A stretch of 64,000 bases of DNA. Origin: Burkholderiales bacterium. GTDB taxonomy: Bacteria; Pseudomonadota; Gammaproteobacteria; Burkholderiales; SG8-39. Every line of letters begins with the position of its first letter. Position 1 is the stretch's first letter. The stretch covers positions 219,870 to 283,869 of the forward strand of contig CBDIHI010000007.1 in assembly GCA_965279075.1 (NCBI GenBank). Direction: 5' to 3'. Of this stretch, positions 57,498-64,000 are shown in pieces. Made by a program: the position numbers and the translations under genes. Under the pieces are notes generated by a model. The model did not search any database. It was not told the DNA's origin and saw nothing but the letters and a program-made list of their open reading frames with translations.

Positions 57498-58382
57498 TCA
57501 GGGATCCAGCGAAGCCTTGTAGAGCTGGCGCATCGCCTCGTCCTTCTTCACGTCCTCGATCTCGCGCATGATGTCGCGCACGTCGACCGGCTTCTCGATG
57601 CGCTTGAAGCGGCCGGTCAGCACCGTGTCGGGCGCGAGCTTGCCGGCCTCGTACAGCGCCCAGATCTCCTTGCCGTAGTCGGTCGTGCGCAGCTCGGGGG
57701 CGAAGCGGCCGAAATAGGTGGCGAGGTTCTCGACGTCGCGCTCCAGCATCGCACCGGCGCCGATGTTGCCCGCGGCGTCCACCGCCTGCGGGAGGTCGAT
57801 GATCACCGGGCCCGCCGCGTCGACCAACACGTTGTACTCGGACAGGTCGCCGTGCACGATGCCGGCGCAGAGCATCAGCACGACCTGCGTGATCATGAAC
57901 TGGTGGTACTCGCGCGCGACCTCCGGCGCAAGCTCCAGGTCGTTCAGGCGCGGCGCGGCGTTGCCATCGGCGCCGGTCACCAGCTCCATCAGCAGCACGC
58001 CGTCGAGGAAGTTGTAGGGCACCGGCACGCGCACGCCCGCGGCGGCGAGCCTTTGCAGCGCGGTAACCTCCGCGGTCTGCCAGGCCTCTTCCATCTCCTG
58101 CCGGCCATAGCGGGTGCCCTTGGCCATCGCCCGGGCGCGGCGGCTGTTCTTGACGTTGCGGCCCTGGGTGTAGTCGACGGCCTGGCGGAAGGCCCGCTTC
58201 TCGGGCTCCTTGTAGACCTTGGCGCAGCGGATCTCGTCCCCGCAGCGCACGACGTAGACGACCGCCTCCTTGCCGCTCATCAGCTGGCGCAGGACCTCGT
58301 CGACGAGGCCTTCCTCGACGAGCGGCGCGATGCGTTTTGGGGTTTTGATGGGTGCTCGGGTGTGGGGAATTGCAAAAGCCAT
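57498..58382 (-). CDS. RIO1-family (PA4780-type) atypical serine protein kinase
   Basis: 294 aa. SGKEAVVYVV nucleotide loop, AKVYK Lys, catalytic IVHGDLSEYNVLV and metal-binding IIDLPQAV. Confidence 0.85.
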   Translation of the reverse strand: MAFAIPHTRAPIKTPKRIAPLVEEGLVDEVLRQLMSGKEAVVYVVRCGDEIRCAKVYKEPEKRAFRQAVDYTQGRNVKNSRRARAMAKGTRYGRQEMEEAWQTAEVTALQRLAAAGVRVPVPYNFLDGVLLMELVTGADGNAAPRLNDLELAPEVAREYHQFMITQVVLMLCAGIVHGDLSEYNVLVDAAGPVIIDLPQAVDAAGNIGAGAMLERDVENLATYFGRFAPELRTTDYGKEIWALYEAGKLAPDTVLTGRFKRIEKPVDVRDIMREIEDVKKDEAMRQLYKASLDP

Positions 58383-58455
58383 TTTACGCCATCCCCGGCG
58401 CCCGCCCGTTCACGGTATCCTGCCTTAACTGGGGAAGGCCGGGGGGCCGGGGACG

Positions 58456-59727
58456 ATGGAGCGGATCGGGAAGTACGAGATCAAGGGGCTGCTCGGACAG
58501 GGCGCGACCGGGAGCGTCTACCTCGCCACGGACGGCTTTTCCACCTCCGACGTGGCGCTCAAGGTCATCAACCCGGAGATCTTCAAGGACCCCGATTTCG
58601 GCGAGGTCCACCGCGAGCAGTTCCTCAACGAGGCCTCGCTCGCCGGCAAGCTCAACCACCCGCACATCGTCGCGATCCTCGACGCAGTCGTGTCGGAGGA
58701 GGCCGGGTACATCGCGATGGAGTACGTGAAGGGCCACGACCTGTCGAAGTACGCGAACCCGGCGAACCTGCTTTCGGTGGGCGACGCGATCGAGGTCGGC
58801 TTCAAGTGCTGCGGGGCGCTGGACTACGCGTTCCGGCAGGGCGTCATCCACCGCGACATCAAGCCCGCGAACATCATGGTGGCCAGCGGCACCGACGTGA
58901 AGGTCACCGACTTCGGCGCCGCGCTGCTGAGGACCGGCAAGGGCAACACCACGGTCAGCATCGGCACGCCGGCCTACATGTCGCCCGAGCAGATCAACGG
59001 CGACGAGCTCACCCACAAGACCGACATGTACTGCGTGGGCGTCGTGCTCTACGAACTGCTCACCGGCGTGCGGCCTTTCGTGGCCGAGACCATGCCGGCG
59101 CTGATCAACAAGGTGCTGAGCGAAGCGCCGGTGCCGCCCTCGAAGCTCCGGGCGGGCCTCCCCCCCGGCCTCGACGAGCTGGTGCTGAAGGCGATGGCGA
59201 AGAGCCCGGATGAACGCTTCCATAGCTGGGCTGACTTTGCCCTCGAGATGGCCAACATCGGCAAGTTCAGCGTTTACCTGCACACGATTCCCGACATCGA
59301 GAAGTACGCGGCGCTGCGCTCGGTAGAGATGCTCGAAAAGCTGACCGACGGCGAGATCTGGGAGCTCGTGAAGGTGGCGCGCTGGACTCGCGTGCCGGCG
59401 CGCACCGTGATCCTCGAGGAGGACGCGGTGGGCGAATCGCTGCTGTTCCTCGCCAAGGGCGACCTCAAGGTCACCAAGCAGGGCCAGCTGCTCAACCTCA
59501 TCAGTGCGGGCGAGTGGTTCGGCGAGATGTCCTACATCGGCGGCGGCGACATACACCGCCAGGCCACCATCGAGTCGATGACCGACGGCACCGTGGCGGA
59601 GTTTTCGGTCGCGGACCTCGAGACCACCAGTATGGGCTGCCGGCACCACCTGCTGCGGGCGTTGCTGAGGAACGTGGTGGACAGGCTGGTGCTGTCCAAC
59701 GTGCGCGTGGCGAAGTCGGCGCGTTGA
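58456..59727 (+). CDS. Hanks-type Ser/Thr protein kinase fused to a C-terminal cyclic-nucleotide-binding domain
   Basis: 423 aa. GQGATGSVY, ALKV, HRDIKPANIMV, DFG and GTPAYMSPE. The C-terminus (about nt 59308-59690) has FGEMSYIGGGDIHRQAT, a phosphate-binding-cassette-like motif. No TM segment. Confidence 0.85.
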   Translation: MERIGKYEIKGLLGQGATGSVYLATDGFSTSDVALKVINPEIFKDPDFGEVHREQFLNEASLAGKLNHPHIVAILDAVVSEEAGYIAMEYVKGHDLSKYANPANLLSVGDAIEVGFKCCGALDYAFRQGVIHRDIKPANIMVASGTDVKVTDFGAALLRTGKGNTTVSIGTPAYMSPEQINGDELTHKTDMYCVGVVLYELLTGVRPFVAETMPALINKVLSEAPVPPSKLRAGLPPGLDELVLKAMAKSPDERFHSWADFALEMANIGKFSVYLHTIPDIEKYAALRSVEMLEKLTDGEIWELVKVARWTRVPARTVILEEDAVGESLLFLAKGDLKVTKQGQLLNLISAGEWFGEMSYIGGGDIHRQATIESMTDGTVAEFSVADLETTSMGCRHHLLRALLRNVVDRLVLSNVRVAKSAR

Positions 59728-60488
59728 GGGTCCTTGCGGCCGGGCTGGGCTTCTTCCTTTGCCTGCCCGCGCTCGCGCAGGACCCGGCTGCGGCCGCACC
59801 GCGCGCCAGGCCCGTAAGGGTCATCGAGGTCAAGGGCCCCATCGGCCCGGGTCTCGTGCCCAAGGTACGTGAAGCACTGGAAGCTTCGGATCCCGACCGC
59901 CTGCCAGCGGGCGCCGTGCTGTTCCTCGACAGTGCCGGTGGCGACGGCATGGCCGCGATCGAGATAGGCAGGCTCGTGCGAGCGGCGAAAGCCCAGGTGT
60001 TCGTGCGAGGGAAATGCTGGAGCGCCTGTGTTCTCGTTCTTGCCGCGGGCGTGGTGCGCGGCGCGCCCGACCGCGCCGTGGGCATCCACCGTCCCCGCCT
60101 CACCACGTTCGTGAAGGACATAGGCGTGGTCGACATCAACCCGTCCTCGAACCCGAACGCCGCAAAGGCGCTGGAGATCGCCGACCGCAGGATCGCCGAC
60201 TACCTGCACGACATGGGCATGCCCGATGCGCTCTACAAGGCGATGATGGCCACCCCCTCGGACCAGAACCGGCGACTCGGTGCGGAGGAGTTGCGCGAGT
60301 TCGGGCTGGCGGGCATTGAGACCGCGTACGGCGAGGCGCAGGCCGAAAGGGTGACTGCGCGCTACAAGGTGACGGCGCAGGAGTACGCGGCGCGTGCGCC
60401 CCAGGCGCAGGACAAGTGCCTTACCCCCACGGCGACCAGCGCGGAGTTTGTGCGCTGTTACAACAGGGTGCTGCGGACGGGGGAGTAG
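59724..60488 (+). CDS. Secreted ClpP/SppA-fold-like protein (COG3904-like predicted periplasmic protein)
   Basis: TTG start overlapping the kinase stop (TTGA) gives the signal peptide MRVLAAGLGFFLCLPALAQD. LFLDSAGGDGMAAIEIGRLVR...KCWSACVLVLAAG...VGIHRP resembles my recollection of COG3904/ClpP-fold proteins. The start is uncertain. Confidence 0.55.
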   Translation: MRVLAAGLGFFLCLPALAQDPAAAAPRARPVRVIEVKGPIGPGLVPKVREALEASDPDRLPAGAVLFLDSAGGDGMAAIEIGRLVRAAKAQVFVRGKCWSACVLVLAAGVVRGAPDRAVGIHRPRLTTFVKDIGVVDINPSSNPNAAKALEIADRRIADYLHDMGMPDALYKAMMATPSDQNRRLGAEELREFGLAGIETAYGEAQAERVTARYKVTAQEYAARAPQAQDKCLTPTATSAEFVRCYNRVLRTGE

Positions 60489-60492
60489 GGGG

Positions 60493-61374
60493 CTAGAGAC
60501 CCAGCTTGTCCACGTAGCTGCACACCTCCCCCGGCACCGTGAACCACGCCTTGTTGCTCGAACGGATGTGTTCCAGCGCCCGGCGCAGGTGCCGCAGCCG
60601 GTAGGGCTGGCCCACCAAATACGGGTGCAGCGCGATGCCCATCACCAGCGGCTGCGCCTTCGACTGCATGACCATCTCGTCGAAGTTGTCGATGACGAGG
60701 TCGGCGAAATCCTTGCCGTCCATCTGCCGCGCGACGATCATCGGGATGTCGTTCACTTCCTGCGGGTAGGGGATGCACCACAGGGGCTTGCTATTGCGGG
60801 TGCGGAACTTCACCGGCTGGTCGTCGATGCACCAGTTGAGCGTGTAGGTGTAGCCGGCCTCGGCCATGAGGTCGGGCGTGGTGAGGCTCTCCGAGAGCCA
60901 CGGCGACAACCATCCCTTGGGCGGCGTGCCCGATTCCTTCGCGATGCGGTCGCGGCAGTACTCGATGAGTTCCTTCTCTTTCTCTTCGGGCATCGTGCCC
61001 TGGCGGTCGGAGTTGGTGTGGCCGTGGCCGATGATCTCGTCGCCGCGGGCGACGAAGGCCTCCAACACTTCGGGGCAGTAGTCATAGAGCGCAGTGTTGG
61101 TCAGCACGCCGACGGGCAGCTCCAGCTGGTCGAATAGTTCGAGCAGGCGCCAGACGCCGACGCGGTTGCCGTAATCGCGCCAGGCGTAATTACTGACGTC
61201 GGGCTGGGGACTCTCCGGGCCGATGCGCGCCCCGAGGCCCTCGCCGAAATCGAAGTGCTCGAGGTTGAAGCCGAGGTACACCGCCAGGCGCTTGCCACCG
61301 GGGAAGCTGTAGTCGGGCCGGTGGTGGATCGGCGAGTAGTCGTAGCGGCCGTGGGTCCTGATCGGTCGGGTCAT
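60493..61374 (-). CDS. Polysaccharide deacetylase family protein (PuuE/allantoinase-like)
   Basis: 293 aa from MTRPIRTHGRYDYSPI... Contains RDYGNRVGVWRLLELF, IGHGHTN and IPMIV..MDGKDF. Start moved to ATG 61374. Confidence 0.8.
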   Translation of the reverse strand: MTRPIRTHGRYDYSPIHHRPDYSFPGGKRLAVYLGFNLEHFDFGEGLGARIGPESPQPDVSNYAWRDYGNRVGVWRLLELFDQLELPVGVLTNTALYDYCPEVLEAFVARGDEIIGHGHTNSDRQGTMPEEKEKELIEYCRDRIAKESGTPPKGWLSPWLSESLTTPDLMAEAGYTYTLNWCIDDQPVKFRTRNSKPLWCIPYPQEVNDIPMIVARQMDGKDFADLVIDNFDEMVMQSKAQPLVMGIALHPYLVGQPYRLRHLRRALEHIRSSNKAWFTVPGEVCSYVDKLGL

Positions 61375-61391
61375 GCGGGTCTCCTTTTCCT

Positions 61392-63878
61392 TTATGCGCC
61401 GCCCAGGTAGGCGCGCTCCAGCACGGGGTTGTTCTTCAGCTCCTCGGCCGTGCCCGCGAACACGATCTTTCCCGAGGAGAGCACATAGGCGCGGTCGGCG
61501 AGCGAAAGCGCCATGCGCGCCATCTGGTCTACGAGCAGGATGGTGCGCCCTTCCGCGCGCAGCTGTGCAAGGGCCGCGAACAGTTCGTTGACGATGGCGG
61601 GCGCGAGCCCGAGCGAAGGTTCGTCGAGCAGCAGCACTTTCGGGCTTGCGGCCAGGCCGCGGGCGAGGGCGAGCATCTGCTGCTCGCCGCCGGACAGCAG
61701 CCCGGCACGGCGATCGCGCAGGGTGGCAAGCTTCGGGAACAGCCTGAACAATTCCTCGACGCGCGCGGCATCGAGCGCGGGTTTGCCGTAGGCGCCCAGG
61801 TGCAGGTTGTCCTCGACGGTCAGTTCCGGGAACACCTGCCGGCCCTCGGGCACGAGGGTGAGGCCCGTGCGTGCGATGGCGTGCGCGCTGGCGTGAGCGA
61901 CCTCGCGGCCGGCGAAGAAGATGCTGCCCTCGATGGGCCGGTGCAGGCCGACGATGGCGCGCATCAGCGTGGACTTGCCCGCGCCGTTCGCGCCGAGCAG
62001 CGCGACCAGCTCGCCTTCGCGCACATCGAGGGACACGCTTTCGAGCACCGGAGCGGCGCCGTAGCCCGCGGTGAGGTTCTGAACGGCGAGCGCCTCGGTG
62101 CGGCGGCCTTCCGCGGGCGCGCGCGAAGCGACGGCCTCGAACTCGCCTTCTCCGAGGTAGGCGCGGCGTACCGCGGGGTTGCCCTGGACTTCGGCGGGCG
62201 TGCCCTCCGCGATCAGGCGGCCCGCGTCCAGCACGTAGATGCGGTCCGAGATCCCCATGACGAGGTGCATGTCGTGCTCGATGATCAGCACGGCGAGGCC
62301 GAGGCCGGCAATCTTGCGAAGCACCGCGCCCAGGCGGTCGGTGTCTTCGGACGACAGCCCGGCTGCGGGTTCGTCGAGCAGGATCACATCGGGCCGGGTG
62401 GCGAGGGATCGGGCGATCTCGACGAGGCGGCGGTCCACGTGCGGCAGTTCGCCCGCGGGGCGGTCGGCCGCACCGCTGTAGCCCACCCAGGCGAGCAGGG
62501 CGTCGGTGAGGGCGGTCGATTGCGCCGCCGGGTGCGTGCCTCTGCCGGACAGCGTGCCCCGGTGCAGCGCGACCAGCAGGTTCTCGCGCACGCTCATGCC
62601 GGAAAAGAGCTGCGAAGTCTGGAATGTCCGCGCGACGCCGGCGCGCGCTGCGGCGTAGGAAGCCGCGCCGGTGATGTCCGCGGCGCCGACCTTTACGCGC
62701 CCCGTCTCGGGTTTGTAGAAGCCTGAGACGAGGTTGAGCAGCGTGGTCTTGCCCGCGCCGTTCGGGCCGATCAGGCTCGTGACCTGGCCCGGGTGCGCGG
62801 CGAGGGACACGTCGTTGACCGCGCGGTTGCCGCCGAAACTCACCGAGAGGTTGCCCACCTCGAGCGGCGCGCCGCCGATGCGGGACAGGAAGCCTTCGAC
62901 CAGCGCCTCGTCTGCCCGGGCGGGCGGCGCGGCCTTTGCGCTGCGCGAGAGGCGCTGCCAGAGCGCGGCGCCCGCGCCCGCGATTCCCGTCGGCGCGACC
63001 CACAGCACGAGCAGCAGCAGCACGCCGAAGAACATCAGCCGGTACTCCGCGAGCGAGGACAGCATTTCCGGCAGCAGCACGACGACCAGCGCGCCGAGCA
63101 TCGGCCCGGTGGCGCTGCCCTGACCGCCGACGAGCACCATCAGCACGAACGTGATCGACAGGAAGAACGGGAACGACTCGGGGCTGATGAAGCCCTGCAG
63201 CGTGGCGAACAGCGCGCCCGCGAAGCCGGTGACCGCGGCCGAGATCGCAAAGGCCAGCGTGCGCACCGCGACGAGGTTGGCGCCCAGCGACTGCGCGGCG
63301 ACCTCGGCGTCGCGGGTCGCGCGCATCGCGAGCCCCCAGCGCGACGAAGCGAAGCGCGCGAAGCCGTACAGCAGCAGCCCGGCGAGCACCGCGCTTGCGA
63401 TGGCAAGCCCCTTGTCCGACAGGGGGCCATCGAACCACTCCGGCCGGGGGATGTTCATGAAGCCGTTCCAGCCGCCGGTCACGCCCTTCCACTCGGCCGA
63501 TCCCTGCTCGATGACGAAGCCGAATGCGATGGTGACCATCGCAAGGTAGGGCCCGCGAACCCGCAGCGCCGGCACGGCCAGCAGGGCGCCCGCGCCGGCG
63601 GCGAGCGCAGCCCCGGCCAGCGCCGCGAGCATGAAGGGGACCTCCGCCTTCGCCGACAGGATGGAGGCCGTGTACGCGCCGATCGCGTAGAACCCAGCGT
63701 GGCCGAACGAGATCTGGCCCGCGAGGCCGAACAGCACATTGAGGCCGGTGGCGACGATCGCGCTGATCGCGATCGACCCGATGATCAGCAGGTGGTAGTT
63801 GTTGCCGTACGTGGCGCCAAGCGTCGCGGCGGCAACGCCGAGTACCGCGAGGACCAGGGTAGCGCGGTCGGTTTTCAT
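61392..63878 (-). CDS. Branched-chain amino acid-type ABC transporter: LivM-like permease fused to LivG-like and LivF-like ATPases
   Basis: 828 aa in one uninterrupted frame. About 300 aa of permease, then Walker A GPNGAGKTT with LLDEPAAGL, then a second Walker A GANGAGKST with LSGGEQQ and LLLDEPSLGL. Confidence 0.85.
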   Translation of the reverse strand: MKTDRATLVLAVLGVAAATLGATYGNNYHLLIIGSIAISAIVATGLNVLFGLAGQISFGHAGFYAIGAYTASILSAKAEVPFMLAALAGAALAAGAGALLAVPALRVRGPYLAMVTIAFGFVIEQGSAEWKGVTGGWNGFMNIPRPEWFDGPLSDKGLAIASAVLAGLLLYGFARFASSRWGLAMRATRDAEVAAQSLGANLVAVRTLAFAISAAVTGFAGALFATLQGFISPESFPFFLSITFVLMVLVGGQGSATGPMLGALVVVLLPEMLSSLAEYRLMFFGVLLLLVLWVAPTGIAGAGAALWQRLSRSAKAAPPARADEALVEGFLSRIGGAPLEVGNLSVSFGGNRAVNDVSLAAHPGQVTSLIGPNGAGKTTLLNLVSGFYKPETGRVKVGAADITGAASYAAARAGVARTFQTSQLFSGMSVRENLLVALHRGTLSGRGTHPAAQSTALTDALLAWVGYSGAADRPAGELPHVDRRLVEIARSLATRPDVILLDEPAAGLSSEDTDRLGAVLRKIAGLGLAVLIIEHDMHLVMGISDRIYVLDAGRLIAEGTPAEVQGNPAVRRAYLGEGEFEAVASRAPAEGRRTEALAVQNLTAGYGAAPVLESVSLDVREGELVALLGANGAGKSTLMRAIVGLHRPIEGSIFFAGREVAHASAHAIARTGLTLVPEGRQVFPELTVEDNLHLGAYGKPALDAARVEELFRLFPKLATLRDRRAGLLSGGEQQMLALARGLAASPKVLLLDEPSLGLAPAIVNELFAALAQLRAEGRTILLVDQMARMALSLADRAYVLSSGKIVFAGTAEELKNNPVLERAYLGGA

Positions 63879-64000
63879 ACCTTCTTCACCGCGGCGCGGC
63901 CGAACAGGCCGTGCGGTTTCCAGGCCAGTGCGACGATCACCAGGGCAAACGACAGCATCTGCGTCCACGTCGAGCCGAAACCCGCCGTGATGACCGACTC
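63875..64000 (-). CDS. LivH-like ABC permease, C-terminal fragment (gene continues beyond window)
   Basis: Hand translation ...FALVIVALAWKPHGLFGRAAVKKV* matches the P.GLFGR C-terminus of LivH. The stop overlaps the next start (ATGA). Confidence 0.7.
   Translation of the reverse strand, partial: ESVITAGFGSTWTQMLSFALVIVALAWKPHGLFGRAAVKKV

Noticed and set aside
60493-63492. 999-aa minus-strand ORF
   Set aside because: Only the last 293 aa (polysaccharide deacetylase from ATG 61374) are protein-like. The remainder is an alternative frame over the Liv fusion gene.

Overview
High-GC segment (by eye about 65-70% GC, not computed). It looks betaproteobacterial, probably Burkholderiales, based on seven Bug/TctC-type periplasmic binding proteins and glyA-nrdR-ribD-ribE synteny. 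I support about 60 protein-coding genes. I saw no rRNA, tRNA, CRISPR array, transposase or integrase. Layout: (1) 0-9 kb holds two 'orphan' CoxL/xanthine-dehydrogenase-family Mo subunits, a Bug SBP, a TcuA-like flavoprotein, an amidohydrolase-2 enzyme, CoxG and YchJ. (2) 9-12 kb holds Rieske oxygenase alpha/beta plus a divergent LysR. (3) 12.9-28.3 kb is an acyl-CoA catabolic island. One arm is AMP-ligase, FlK-type hotdog thioesterase, a cytoplasmic DMSO-reductase-family Mo subunit, an FeS subunit fused to a membrane anchor, and Bug. The divergent arm is a thiolase-fold protein lacking the catalytic Cys/His, DUF35, two more AMP-ligases, an ACAD and three Bug SBPs. (4) 28.3-30.6 kb is a TetR-controlled GST/GFA/VOC cluster with two palindromic operators. 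(5) 30.6-32.3 kb is a low-GC islet with a DUF6516/HTH (TumE/TumA-like) toxin-antitoxin pair, a 46-aa Lys-rich ORF and about 570 bp of structured non-coding DNA. (6) 32.3-36.0 kb is a form-II coxSLM-like set. (7) 36.4-46.7 kb is a CzcCBA-type HME-RND pump followed by RR, an LtaS-family membrane enzyme, a paralogous RR and an HK. (8) 46.8-52.9 kb holds XdhC, MocA-like, DHDPS-like, glyA, nrdR, ribD and ribE. (9) 52.9-56.9 kb holds EamA, Bug, TauD and Bug. (10) 56.9-60.5 kb holds a RIO kinase plus 2-TM protein, divergent from a Hanks kinase fused to a cNMP-binding domain plus a periplasmic ClpP-fold-like protein. (11) 60.5-64.0 kb holds a polysaccharide deacetylase and a Liv-type ABC system with a permease-ATPase-ATPase triple fusion. 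The best candidates for uncharacterised biology are the Pad-like Mo-enzyme/CoA operon with its Ltp2-like aldolase partner, the dual-kinase module, the RR-LtaS-RR-HK unit behind the metal pump, and the low-GC islet. All family assignments come from motif recognition by eye. No database search was run.
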